In this document: one piece after another, positions 18,540 through 28,045 of the stretch
How the letters are laid out: every line of letters starts with the position of its first letter
Numbering within the stretch: position 1 is the first letter of the stretch
From: a virus
Direction: 5' to 3' (one strand)
IMG/VR virus record: IMGVR_UViG_3300020442_000013
Span: 37,245 to 101,244 of that record
DNA length: 64,000 nt
The notes under the pieces: generated by a model
Told to the model about the DNA's origin: nothing
Databases searched by the model: none
The model's input: the letters and a program-made list of their open reading frames with translations, nothing else
Position numbers and translations under genes: made by a program

Positions 18540-19469
18540 TCAAATAAATTCTCTCATATGTCGCCAGCATGAGCCATTTCTAAGTTCTTCAAAATTCCAA
18601 TGGAACATACTAATTCTTTGCAACCATTTCAATCTATCAAAGTGATCAGGTCTTTCTATTTTACTAAAATCTGTATTTGCAACTTCTCTGCATTGACTGT
18701 CTATAGGATCTGTTAAGAATGCATGAAAACCTTTTGCAATTGGACCAACTGCTGCACTACTATTATGATTTACTACAGCCCAAGCTCCTTGTAGATCTTG
18801 ATCAAGAGTTCTTCCAGGCAAACTTAATTCAACATTAGAAAAATGCTCTAATGGATGTCCTGGTCTTTTGGCAAGGTAATCAACTGCAAGTTTATCTCCA
18901 GGATGACTGCGGATAATTATTTTTCTATCTGTATATCTTTGTATTAATTGGATAGTATCCTGCATCCATTGCACTACATCATAACCTTTCATACTCCAGC
19001 CACCTTGTCTTTGGCACATTAACACTATATGATTTCCTGTACGTGTATATTCAGATATTGGTAAACCTAAAGTTTTAGAAATAATACGCCAGCGTTTTTC
19101 GTTGATTGTTGTATCACAATACTTTCCTGTTGTTGGAAATATACCATCAAAGCTATATCTTAAATAGCCTTTAGTATTATTTGGATCATGAAATAAAAAT
19201 AAATTTGCATCAGCTGTTATTGTATGTCGTCCGTATTCTTTTTGTGTTCTAATAACATTATGTCTTAAACGTAAATGTGGTGTAGTAATTTTATCATACA
19301 CCCATCCTTGTATCATACCAGCATCACATTCGATCAAATTATCATGTGTATGAACAATTCCTGTATCTCCGGCCTGACGAACACCCTCAGCAAAATCAAA
19401 TAAAAGTTGCTCTTTTTGAGGGTTTATGTTCTTACCTGGAACAGTTTTTAAGTAACTAACTACCTTCAT
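18540..19469 (-). CDS. Capsule-polysaccharide-synthesis (KpsS/KpsC-like) glycosyltransferase
   Basis: IVLMCQR, IIIRSHPGD, AVVNHNSSAAV; start ATG 19469. Confidence 0.6.
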   Translation of the reverse strand: MKVVSYLKTVPGKNINPQKEQLLFDFAEGVRQAGDTGIVHTHDNLIECDAGMIQGWVYDKITTPHLRLRHNVIRTQKEYGRHTITADANLFLFHDPNNTKGYLRYSFDGIFPTTGKYCDTTINEKRWRIISKTLGLPISEYTRTGNHIVLMCQRQGGWSMKGYDVVQWMQDTIQLIQRYTDRKIIIRSHPGDKLAVDYLAKRPGHPLEHFSNVELSLPGRTLDQDLQGAWAVVNHNSSAAVGPIAKGFHAFLTDPIDSQCREVANTDFSKIERPDHFDRLKWLQRISMFHWNFEELRNGSCWRHMREFI

Positions 19470-21159
19470 TGAGGATATCCCATGCGTAACCAGAACGAAG
19501 TTCATTTGCAGTAAATTGACAATATGATAAATGTCTTGCAAAAGCATGTACTTCATCTATGCTTGGACGGTTCAAATTTTCAACCTCATTAAGATTTTTG
19601 TTACATAATACACTTGCCGCATTAGGAGCTAAAGCTATAGCTGGAGTGCCAACTAATAATGCCTCTGTGGCTGCAATACTGTTAAATGTAACTAAACAAT
19701 GTGCATCTTTCAGAGCGTCCCATATTGTATTTTGGGTTACTCTTTCTCGCCTTGATGGTTTTAGCCTTACAACTAGTTTTCTATCTGTATGTTTTTTAAG
19801 TTCACTAAGTGTAGTTTCCATCCATTCGTCTACGTTTTGTCCATAGAACTTCATTACTTTTGCACTAGGTGGACATATTAAAACATAGTCGCCTCTTTTA
19901 AATTTACTAGGTCTCCATCCTAATCGATGTAACCTATCGTCTGGTCGTTCTACTATAGGCCCTAAGTTTTGTAAATTATTTTTTGTTACACGATGATAGT
20001 CTTTCCTTGTAGTCCATATAGGTTGCATATATCCTGTATCAATTGCATAAAAATCTCTTCCAGTTTCCCTACAAAATTTTATAGCTTTTTGTCCTCCGCC
20101 GCCTAAGCCTCTAATAACTAAGGCGTTTTTGGTTTTTGATTCTCTATCAAAATCACTAATTACTCCTCCGCTACCAAGTATAAAGTCTTCGCAAAAAGGA
20201 TCGTAGGCAAGTCCTTTAGACTTTTCGCTTAATGGGCTGAATTCAGGTTTGTTAATAGCCGCAACTTTTATCCCCATTGTTTCCTCCTTTATTCTTTTTA
20301 TTTCATCTTTTGTCTTATAAACGACTTCGTCTGGATCGGAGAGTTCATGCAAACATAGTGTTAAGTATTTCTTTGCATTCCAATTTAATGTCAAGTCATC
20401 AATGTTTACTCTTTCCTGTTGTCTCCTCTCTTCTTTCTTCTCCATCTTTACAATTTTTTTTTGGTAGTAATCAGCTTGTACACTTATCCAATCTAATGCA
20501 TATTCACATTCTTTACATTCCTCAAACCAAGGACCGCCTTCAGTATAATGTAATGCTTTGGGCTTTCCGTCTTTTGGTTCTTTGTACCATCCTACTAACC
20601 AATTCCATTCGTGTGTTATTTTACCAACAAACTTATCTGGTAACCAGCTAAATCTATGCAAGTATGCTCCTGTAGTATCAGCATGATTAATCAAATCTAA
20701 TGTTACTGCTTTATTCGATGCATGACCGCAGTTCCATAAAACCATACTTGACCAATTTTTTCTTGGATAGGGTAATTGTGCTTTACCATCCATCTTTTCA
20801 CCTTCTTTAGGAGTGTAGTCATGATGGGCACACATTACTGCATACTTGTCGTCAGCAAGAGCAAATAAATCTGCTACATCTTGCTTAAATATAAAATCAC
20901 AATCAATGAACAATGCCCAACCTGAATAGTCAGTTAGGAAAGGCACAAGAAATCTTGTAAATGTAAACTCTGTAGAACCTAGCTTATCTTCATCACGCCA
21001 ATACCAATTTTGACTGCGTAATTTGTCTTGTCTTAAAGGAATGACTTCAACAGGTACTGATGCAGTATTGTAAATGCTTTGTTTACATACTTCAAAAGCA
21101 ATATCTTCTCTACTGTCATATCCTACAAATATTTTTAATGGTTTAATCTCTTCGCTCAA
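19456..21159 (-). CDS. Fusion of an N-terminal GT8/CDI-like glycosyltransferase and a C-terminal KpsS/KpsC-like domain
   Basis: IFVGYDSRE, STEFTFTRFLVP, FIDCD, RKNWSS, LHYTEGGPW; C-terminal VLICPP, VVRLKP, LVTFNSIAATEALLVGTP. Likely TTG start 21159 with GGAGG. Confidence 0.75.
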   Translation of the reverse strand: MSEEIKPLKIFVGYDSREDIAFEVCKQSIYNTASVPVEVIPLRQDKLRSQNWYWRDEDKLGSTEFTFTRFLVPFLTDYSGWALFIDCDFIFKQDVADLFALADDKYAVMCAHHDYTPKEGEKMDGKAQLPYPRKNWSSMVLWNCGHASNKAVTLDLINHADTTGAYLHRFSWLPDKFVGKITHEWNWLVGWYKEPKDGKPKALHYTEGGPWFEECKECEYALDWISVQADYYQKKIVKMEKKEERRQQERVNIDDLTLNWNAKKYLTLCLHELSDPDEVVYKTKDEIKRIKEETMGIKVAAINKPEFSPLSEKSKGLAYDPFCEDFILGSGGVISDFDRESKTKNALVIRGLGGGGQKAIKFCRETGRDFYAIDTGYMQPIWTTRKDYHRVTKNNLQNLGPIVERPDDRLHRLGWRPSKFKRGDYVLICPPSAKVMKFYGQNVDEWMETTLSELKKHTDRKLVVRLKPSRRERVTQNTIWDALKDAHCLVTFNSIAATEALLVGTPAIALAPNAASVLCNKNLNEVENLNRPSIDEVHAFARHLSYCQFTANELRSGYAWDILNEGS

Positions 21160-21916
21160 TATCTTCCTCCACACACTTCTCCCCATACTGTACTTCTAGT
21201 ATATGACAATGCTCGTCAAAGGGGTTACTTGCCTTATGCCATACTTCACATCCTATAGAATAACCATTTGTACATTCTGATAAAGTTACTGTATCTTTGT
21301 TAGAATTATATTCTGTATCTAAAACACATTTTCCTTTAAGTACATACCAGTGTTCTGATCTAAAATAATGTTTTTGATCAGATAATGATCGTCCAGGTGT
21401 TATTACTAATTCTTTAACTTTATATTTTATTTTATCATCTAAAACTCTGTACCATCCCCAATTACGGACAGTTTTTGGGTTTTTCCATTCTTCTAAAATC
21501 CAACTACTGCTGTTCTTTTTAGTTTTTCCTCCTACGCCATAAACAAAACTTACATTTGGGTAATCTCCATATGTAGCTTCTTCAGGCACATTACCTTGAT
21601 TTCTGTCGCCACCGTTGGCAAATATTATATGTGTTTTACTACTATTTGTTGACAATAATTTAAAAATAGCTCCACCCGCATCATCAAATTTGTCATCGTT
21701 CATTACTTCAATTACTTGATCAACCATTGAAAGATTTTCTATAATAGCACAACGTTCTTTGAAAGGCATAAAAGGTCTACCTTTTTTACGTGTTAGCCAA
21801 TCATCACTGTTAACCCCTACTACTAACTTGTCACCTAATTTTTTTGCTTCACGGAAATAATCAATGTGTCCAGAATGTAAAGGATCAAAGCCGCCAGTGA
21901 CCAAAACTAATTTCAT
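21143..21916 (-). CDS. Cytidylyltransferase-family nucleotidyltransferase fused to a cupin (mannose-6-P isomerase type II-like) domain
   Basis: TGGFDPLHSGH (HxGH), GVNSD, ANGGDR, KKNSSS; C-terminal R.WG.Y.VL, SLSDQKH..RSEHW, EVQYG..C.E.DIER. Confidence 0.8.
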   Translation of the reverse strand: MKLVLVTGGFDPLHSGHIDYFREAKKLGDKLVVGVNSDDWLTRKKGRPFMPFKERCAIIENLSMVDQVIEVMNDDKFDDAGGAIFKLLSTNSSKTHIIFANGGDRNQGNVPEEATYGDYPNVSFVYGVGGKTKKNSSSWILEEWKNPKTVRNWGWYRVLDDKIKYKVKELVITPGRSLSDQKHYFRSEHWYVLKGKCVLDTEYNSNKDTVTLSECTNGYSIGCEVWHKASNPFDEHCHILEVQYGEKCVEEDIERRD

Positions 21917-22095
21917 CTACCTAACCATCTCCTTGCCGCGTCAATTGGATTGCGTAAGCCTTCATAAGTTTTATCAATAAAGTCTATATGTCTACTTAAT
22001 TTTTCGTCTAATTTTTCTTGATTCTTTTCAATCTTATCAAGTTGTTTTTTTAACTTGTCTATTTTATCTAATATTAAAATTTCATGAGGTTGCAT
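21913..22095 (-). CDS. Small coiled-coil hypothetical protein
   Basis: L.RHIDFID.TYEGLRNP motif; translationally coupled to neighbours. Confidence 0.5.
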   Translation of the reverse strand: MQPHEILILDKIDKLKKQLDKIEKNQEKLDEKLSRHIDFIDKTYEGLRNPIDAARRWLGR

Positions 22096-22096
22096 T

Positions 22097-22723
22097 TTAC
22101 CATCCAAATATATAATCACGTCTTACATTAGTAATTTCTTTTGCACCGTGACGTTTTAAAAATTCTCCTGCACAATATTCTGTATCAGAATGTTGTTCTA
22201 CTATTACTATAGGTTTGTATTTTAGAATTGTTTGTATACTGCCTTCTAGAATCGGAAGTTCATGTCTTTCGCAATCTATTTTAATTAAGCCAAATTTAGG
22301 CAAATCTAAATCATCTAACTTTTTAACTTCGAATGCACCTACACCAAATGTATTTTCATTTACATGACTGTTACCTGTGTTTATACTGTCATAAATCATA
22401 TCAACAGTTGTAGCAGTTTTACCTAGTGCATATTTGTTTATAATCACTGGTAAATCTTTTACATTTAATTCTAAACATTCTAAAACTTGTGGCATTGGTT
22501 CGTATGCTATTACTTGTTTGAATTTTTCCGTTAATGGTTTTGCCCAAAATCCTACATTTGCACCAACGTCAATAGCAAGGTCAAAATCAGTTATATATTT
22601 GTATGCTTCATCTCTAACATCATCTTGATATTCAGCAGGGCCGCCTTGGCTGATTCTTTTTGTAATCATTCTGTAAAAGTGATTGTCAGTATCAGGCATC
22701 CAATAATTATATACTTGCTTCAT
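22097..22723 (-). CDS. FkbM-family methyltransferase
   Basis: IDVGANVG, AYEP, KLDDL, LIKIDCE.HE..IL.G...TI...KP.VIVE. Confidence 0.85.
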   Translation of the reverse strand: MKQVYNYWMPDTDNHFYRMITKRISQGGPAEYQDDVRDEAYKYITDFDLAIDVGANVGFWAKPLTEKFKQVIAYEPMPQVLECLELNVKDLPVIINKYALGKTATTVDMIYDSINTGNSHVNENTFGVGAFEVKKLDDLDLPKFGLIKIDCERHELPILEGSIQTILKYKPIVIVEQHSDTEYCAGEFLKRHGAKEITNVRRDYIFGW

Positions 22724-22724
22724 G

Positions 22725-23276
22725 TTAAACTTTCTTTAAATATACAATATATTTTACTACAAATATTTCAGGAGCCTTTTTCAACTTTACCCAACGTTCT
22801 GTTATATCTTCACTAATAAGTTCCCAACCATGTTCTTTATTTTTAGTTTCAATTAAAGATTTCCACCATTTAGGTTTTTCAATTATTAAATGTGCATTTC
22901 TACCATCACTTAGTTTTTTCTTTGCAGGATGGCAAGCAATAAGGTGATATTGATACTTGTCTGCAATGCTATATAAATTGTTTAAAACACTTTCTAATTG
23001 ATCTGGCTCGATATGTTCTAACACATCACTGCTATAAACTAAGTCTGCTTTTTTTGGTAAATCAATAGGAGATGTTACAGGGTCATAATTGTATACTTGA
23101 TTTGATTCTTCTAATTGCTTAAAAGGCATGCCTTTACCGCAACCAAAATCTAATATAGATTGCAGTTTTTCTTCAGAAATTAATTTTTGTACGCCTTGGG
23201 GAATATTTTTTGCAACTCCAAAACCTTTTCTACTGTGCAGTCTTTGAAGTTCTTTTAAGTATTTTTCTGAATGCAT
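22725..23276 (-). CDS. Class I SAM-dependent methyltransferase
   Basis: ILDFGCGKG, YDP, DVLEHIEP. Confidence 0.85.
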   Translation of the reverse strand: MHSEKYLKELQRLHSRKGFGVAKNIPQGVQKLISEEKLQSILDFGCGKGMPFKQLEESNQVYNYDPVTSPIDLPKKADLVYSSDVLEHIEPDQLESVLNNLYSIADKYQYHLIACHPAKKKLSDGRNAHLIIEKPKWWKSLIETKNKEHGWELISEDITERWVKLKKAPEIFVVKYIVYLKKV

Positions 23277-23333
23277 AAGACCTCTTTCATATAATTATAT
23301 ATTACTTATCTCACGCATTTGAAGGAGGGTTAT

Positions 23334-23789
23334 TTATAGGCTTGCGTCTTCCATGCCAGCAACTCTTAATTTAACTACGTTTGTAATTTGCCACTGTTTC
23401 TGATCTAATCCTTTAAGTAGACCAAGCCATTTATTACGTAATAATGCAAATTCGTTTATGATTTTTTCATAGTCTACTACATCTGCTTCGCCATCTACGT
23501 ACTTTTCAACGTCTCTGCTAGACAAAGCTCTTTGATAGTTTTCAAGATATTTTTTAAAGAATGAACTACGTAATCTTCTCAATTCAATATTTAAATAATT
23601 TAGGATTGCTTCGATTTCTTGTAGTTGATTAAATCTATGTTCAACTATTCCTGGCATTTGTGATGCTTGTTTTTCAACACTACCTTTAAGTTTTACTTCT
23701 AATCTTGCATCTTGTAATTCACTTTCAAAAAACTTTATTGCTTCAGGAATTTTTGAAACATCTCTTGCTACTTCTGAATACCAACCCAT
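23334..23789 (-). CDS. uvsY: Recombination mediator UvsY
   Basis: 151-aa helical protein, EKYVDGEADV, near uvsX. Confidence 0.75.
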   Translation of the reverse strand: MGWYSEVARDVSKIPEAIKFFESELQDARLEVKLKGSVEKQASQMPGIVEHRFNQLQEIEAILNYLNIELRRLRSSFFKKYLENYQRALSSRDVEKYVDGEADVVDYEKIINEFALLRNKWLGLLKGLDQKQWQITNVVKLRVAGMEDASL

Positions 23790-24289
23790 TAATGTTTCTC
23801 CATAAATAATAGTTCTCGTTTTTGCACAATATCAACTTTATATCCAAACATACCTTTTAAACGGTTGTTTATTGTTCTCTGAACTTGAGTGATGGATCGT
23901 TCTCCAACAGTATCCCAATCGATTAAAGTCCATTTGCCTTTATGCTCAAGCACATTTGCCAATGTCCAATCACCATGCGAATAAGGAAAAGTTTCTTTTA
24001 CATTGTCTATGCAGAATTTACGAAACTTTTCTATAAATTGCGGAGTATGACTGTATTTCATTATAGACGTACCTGGTAAAAATTTATAATCAATAAAGTA
24101 ACTGTGTTTGTTAAAATTGCCATAATCTAAAAGATATCCTGGAAAAATTTTGTGCATAATATCAATGTGTTCTTGCACACTTGATGCGTATAAATGTTGT
24201 TCCCAATCAGCCCCAACCCAAATTTTTCTAATACGATCATTTAATTTGTAAGTATATCTTCCTTTTGAAAGTTTTTTCCTTAGTAACAT
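23789..24289 (-). CDS. Small protein-kinase-like (APH/Kdo-kinase type) protein
   Basis: HGDWTLANVL catalytic loop and LIDWD. Confidence 0.6.
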   Translation of the reverse strand: MLLRKKLSKGRYTYKLNDRIRKIWVGADWEQHLYASSVQEHIDIMHKIFPGYLLDYGNFNKHSYFIDYKFLPGTSIMKYSHTPQFIEKFRKFCIDNVKETFPYSHGDWTLANVLEHKGKWTLIDWDTVGERSITQVQRTINNRLKGMFGYKVDIVQKRELLFMEKH

Positions 24290-24528
24290 TATTCATCATA
24301 CATTTCGTCTTCGTCTTCTTCGTCAGCCTTATCCAAGTCTAAATAGTAATAAATTGCATCATCCAATTCATTATCAGCACCTAACATTTCGTTAAAAGTA
24401 TGATCATCTACTCCCATGTCTGCAAGTAAATCAACATATCTTTCAGCGGCCGCATGTATAGATTTTTTATCTAAGTACTCCTTAAACATTGTCCAAACTT
24501 CGACAATATGAGTTTCATCCATTTCCAT
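24289..24528 (-). CDS. Small acidic hypothetical protein
   Basis: 79 aa, very D/E-rich; overlaps the end of uvsX. Confidence 0.65.
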   Translation of the reverse strand: MEMDETHIVEVWTMFKEYLDKKSIHAAAERYVDLLADMGVDDHTFNEMLGADNELDDAIYYYLDLDKADEEDEDEMYDE

Positions 24529-25597
24529 TTGCCTCCTCGGTTACAGTTTCAGTATCGTCTACTTCTGCGATATTTACCTCCGAGGACGTCTTTTCATTGA
24601 ATTCTGACATAACTAAATCTAACTTTTCGCCTGTCCAATTCTTTCTATACTCAAGATGTTCTTCGCCTTTTATATCAACGTACTTTAGTCGATTGCCTGA
24701 CTTTTCTATCAAGCCTTTCTTTTCAAAAAGTTCAACTAGACCACTATATGGATTCATACCAGTTTCGTATGGAATCTTTACTTGTACACCTTCAAAAGGT
24801 TTACTGTATCTAGTTTTCATAACTTTACAGCCAGCACGTATACCACGTACTTCAGAAATCTTGTTACCTGCTTCATCTTCTTTCAGTTTTAGTTTTTTCA
24901 TTGCAACAACAATACTTGATGCATAGATAAAACCTTGTCCACCTGATATCTTGTCATCTGGATCAAACATATCTTGAGATGCATATGTATGGTTAGTACA
25001 TACAAGACCTACGTTATGTGTACCAATCATGTTTACTGTATTTCTTACTAGAGCAGTAAGTTGTTTAGGCTTACGACCCATGTCGCCTTTCATATCACCT
25101 TTATCAAACTGATCAACATCTGTGGGTGTTAATAGCATACCTAAACTGTCAATTACAAATAAAACTTTAGGGCGATCTTCTTCAGCCATTGCTTTGTAGT
25201 CTGCCATAAAAGTTGATACTGTTTTTGCAACATCATCAATCATGGACATATTTAATTTTAATAACTTATCTTCACCAGTGTCAACACCTAGTGCCTGTAA
25301 CCATGACTCGTCTAGAGCATTTTCTGAATCTATCAATACAACAAAGATTCCTTGTTCTTGTGCATGTTTTACAATATTACCACTACAAAAATAAGATTTT
25401 CCTGCGCCTGATTCTCCTGCAAACACAGTAACTTTTCCGAGTGGTACACCTTTTTTAAAGTCTCCACTTATAAGATAATTTAGTGCATAAGAGCCTGTAC
25501 TGATCCAATCTGTAGGATCATTGAAGCCAGCACTCATGCCTGAGATGCTTTTTGTCAAGTCTTTACGAAACTTGCTTACGTCAAATGATTTAGCCAT
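24515..25597 (-). CDS. uvsX: RecA-like recombinase UvsX
   Basis: ISTGS..LN, GESGAGKS, IDSE, VIDSLG, TNHTY, SGG.G..YASS. Confidence 0.93.
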   Translation of the reverse strand: MAKSFDVSKFRKDLTKSISGMSAGFNDPTDWISTGSYALNYLISGDFKKGVPLGKVTVFAGESGAGKSYFCSGNIVKHAQEQGIFVVLIDSENALDESWLQALGVDTGEDKLLKLNMSMIDDVAKTVSTFMADYKAMAEEDRPKVLFVIDSLGMLLTPTDVDQFDKGDMKGDMGRKPKQLTALVRNTVNMIGTHNVGLVCTNHTYASQDMFDPDDKISGGQGFIYASSIVVAMKKLKLKEDEAGNKISEVRGIRAGCKVMKTRYSKPFEGVQVKIPYETGMNPYSGLVELFEKKGLIEKSGNRLKYVDIKGEEHLEYRKNWTGEKLDLVMSEFNEKTSSEVNIAEVDDTETVTEEANGNG

Positions 25598-25616
25598 AAT
25601 TTCTCCTTATCAATTT

Positions 25617-25640
25617 GGGGGTAGCATTACTACTACCCCC
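25617..25640 (-). other. GC-rich stem-loop with a GTAA (GNRA) loop between gp32 and uvsX; no U-tract
   Basis: GGGGGTAGTA-GTAA-TGCTACCCCC on the minus strand; likely an mRNA stability or processing hairpin. Confidence 0.6.
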
Positions 25641-25646
25641 GATATA

Positions 25647-26645
25647 TTATTTTGCTTGTCGCTGTCTGATCATTGCAAGAATGTCAGCCGCATCACCTGT
25701 TGATGCTTCTGCTTCGGCTTTTTCAGCTTTAGGCTCTTCTACCTTTGGAGCCTCTTCTTGCTTTGGGGCAGTAGCCACCTGCTCTTCAGGAGCACTTTGA
25801 CTTACTGCTGTCGCTTTCGGCGATGCCGCTACAGTTGGATCACCAGTACGTGCCGCCATACCTGCTGGACGGAAATAGTTACCCCAACGTTCTGAATCAT
25901 ATGCTTCACCGTCAACTGACGCTTCAAACATTTCTTTCATAACCTTTACTGCAACTTCGTCTGGTTTCTTCGGAAGGAAGTCACTAAAATTAAACAAGCC
26001 ATGTGTATTGATTGCTTGCATTTCAGCATCTGCAAGTGGACGTTCTCTACGAGCCCAGTTAGATGTTGAATAGTCTGCATATCCGCCTTTACTTGTTTTG
26101 TTAAGACGAAAGTCTACACCAGCAGTATAATCTGTTGGTAATTCTTCCATATCTGGATCCATAAGAGCCGCTTTGATAATTTGAAAAATTTGTGGACCAA
26201 TAATAAACCTGCGAATTGGATTCTCAGGAGTACTATCTTCTTGTAGTGGATTGTCAGTAACAAATCCTTGGAAGATATATGAACGCTTCTTCCAATACTT
26301 ACGACCCATGTCTTCTAGACTTGGATCTTTGAACCAACCACGTACCTCGTTCAAGATATCACAAGTATCACCATACATTTCCATACATGGTACTTGAACT
26401 TGAACTGGACGAGAATCAGTTTCACCTTTTACACCGTTAAAAGGTAATTTAATCATCAAACGTTCTTTCCAAAAGAAAGTGTTTGAATCGTCACCATCAG
26501 GAAGGAAACGGAGTGTTGCACTCTCGCCTTCTTTAATATTCCAAAATGGGTAAATTGCGTTGTCGCCGCCGCCACTTGATGAACCGCCGCCTGTGCGTGA
26601 TTCTTGTTCTTTGAGCTTTGCTCGGATTTCTGCTAATGTTGCCAT
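25647..26645 (-). CDS. gp32: Single-stranded DNA-binding protein (T4 gp32-like)
   Basis: LRFLPD, G.DFRL.K..KGGYADY..S, acidic tail. Confidence 0.85.
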   Translation of the reverse strand: MATLAEIRAKLKEQESRTGGGSSSGGGDNAIYPFWNIKEGESATLRFLPDGDDSNTFFWKERLMIKLPFNGVKGETDSRPVQVQVPCMEMYGDTCDILNEVRGWFKDPSLEDMGRKYWKKRSYIFQGFVTDNPLQEDSTPENPIRRFIIGPQIFQIIKAALMDPDMEELPTDYTAGVDFRLNKTSKGGYADYSTSNWARRERPLADAEMQAINTHGLFNFSDFLPKKPDEVAVKVMKEMFEASVDGEAYDSERWGNYFRPAGMAARTGDPTVAASPKATAVSQSAPEEQVATAPKQEEAPKVEEPKAEKAEAEASTGDAADILAMIRQRQAK

Positions 26646-26703
26646 AGTTAAGCCTCCTTTAGTTGCCTATGTTTTGTGCCTGTTTGTATAGCACATAATG
26701 TAC

Positions 26704-26732
26704 ACTATACAGTCTTATTTATCAGAAGTCAA
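26704..26732 (-). promoter_or_regulatory. Sigma70-type promoter (TTGACT-17-TATAGT) with a nested late box GATAAATA (26716-26723) for gp32
   Basis: ttgact tctGATAAATAagactg tatagt. Confidence 0.65.
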
Positions 26733-26743
26733 CCTGAAAATGC

Positions 26744-28045
26744 TTATTTTTGGAAATATTCCTGCTGTCCGCCTTTTCGAACAGTATCTACTGTCAAACA
26801 ATGTAAGCCACCATCCCAAAAGTTTCTATGCCTGAAACGGCAATATATTGGTTCAATTTTATGTTGCTTGAGTTTGTCATGTACATCTTTTTGATAATTT
26901 AAACTTAATATAGTGTTTTCATTTATAGACAGCATATTAACTTCAAAACTTGTTTCTTCTATATAGCCTACCCATTTGTATAGCCATTCTTTAACAAAAT
27001 TAACCAATTTAGGATTATTCTTTGCATCAGGTAACCACCACTCTCCGTTAGTAATTGCTTTTATCTCTCGCCAATCTTTAAATTCTTTCCAGCGTCTTTT
27101 TTCTCCTGGATGTTCTATTCTAAGGACGTCCCAGCCTGGTAATGTCTTTTCGTATTGTATAGGATTTTGACTTGGTGCTGTAATCACTAATCCAGGCTTT
27201 GGTAAACAAAATACCCCGTCATTATGTCCTCCTACACTAACTGCATCTGAATTAAAATTTGGATACATGTTTTTCAAAACAACATTTAAATTGCTTATAT
27301 CTTTTAAATCCACAATTAATCTTGTACCTACCCTTGTCACCACAGGAGCCCAAAAATAATATGTGTTCATTCTGTAGGGTTCGAATTGTGGGCAACCCAT
27401 AAATTGCCATGCTAATTCAGGATTGTGACCTATAGAAGATGGATTATAATCCTGACCGCGTAATGTCATAGTACCTACGTGTTCATCGCAATATTCTGCA
27501 GATGGCTTAAAAGGCCCAAGCAGTTTAAATTTTGTAGGATCATTTATTTCTTTGTTATATTCAATATGTTCCATAAACATATCGCTAAGCCTAAAATCAA
27601 CACATGCAGGATTTATCATATTTTGTAAATTTGGATTTGACCAATTTTTTCTTAATTGATATATTGGTGTAGTTACAAAAAGTTTGTCGCCCATAGTAAT
27701 ATAGTAATCTCTTGGAGTTAGGCAGGGTTTAGGTAAGCCTTGTATTTCATCCGGATGTCCTAGGTGGGGTGATGTCAAATGCGAAAGTTCTTCAACTCTA
27801 TCTAGTCTATCATGTCCTGCAACATTATCAGGCATTTGCACAACATCAACGCCTAGGTCTTCTAAAGTTTTTTTAATACCGGCTAAATCTTCTTTTGTTT
27901 CATATAGTATCTTTTGTAACATATCTCTAAGTTCAGGATCTTTTACATCATCAAACATATCTGGTTGCCAGCAATCTCCTAATATAACTTGACGTAAAGG
28001 ATCCCAACCATTCCAAGCGTTTACTTTATTAATTCTATATTTCAT
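26744..28045 (-). CDS. Amidinotransferase (glycine/inosamine-phosphate amidinotransferase-like, pentein fold)
   Basis: N.W..WDPLRQVILG, PRD, GHNDG (His), F.VNMLSI, WDGGLHCLT.D..R (Cys). Confidence 0.85.
   Translation of the reverse strand: MKYRINKVNAWNGWDPLRQVILGDCWQPDMFDDVKDPELRDMLQKILYETKEDLAGIKKTLEDLGVDVVQMPDNVAGHDRLDRVEELSHLTSPHLGHPDEIQGLPKPCLTPRDYYITMGDKLFVTTPIYQLRKNWSNPNLQNMINPACVDFRLSDMFMEHIEYNKEINDPTKFKLLGPFKPSAEYCDEHVGTMTLRGQDYNPSSIGHNPELAWQFMGCPQFEPYRMNTYYFWAPVVTRVGTRLIVDLKDISNLNVVLKNMYPNFNSDAVSVGGHNDGVFCLPKPGLVITAPSQNPIQYEKTLPGWDVLRIEHPGEKRRWKEFKDWREIKAITNGEWWLPDAKNNPKLVNFVKEWLYKWVGYIEETSFEVNMLSINENTILSLNYQKDVHDKLKQHKIEPIYCRFRHRNFWDGGLHCLTVDTVRKGGQQEYFQK

Noticed and set aside
25617-25640. 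Intrinsic terminator after gp32
   Set aside because: Strong hairpin, but no U-tract on the coding strand; recorded as a stem-loop only.
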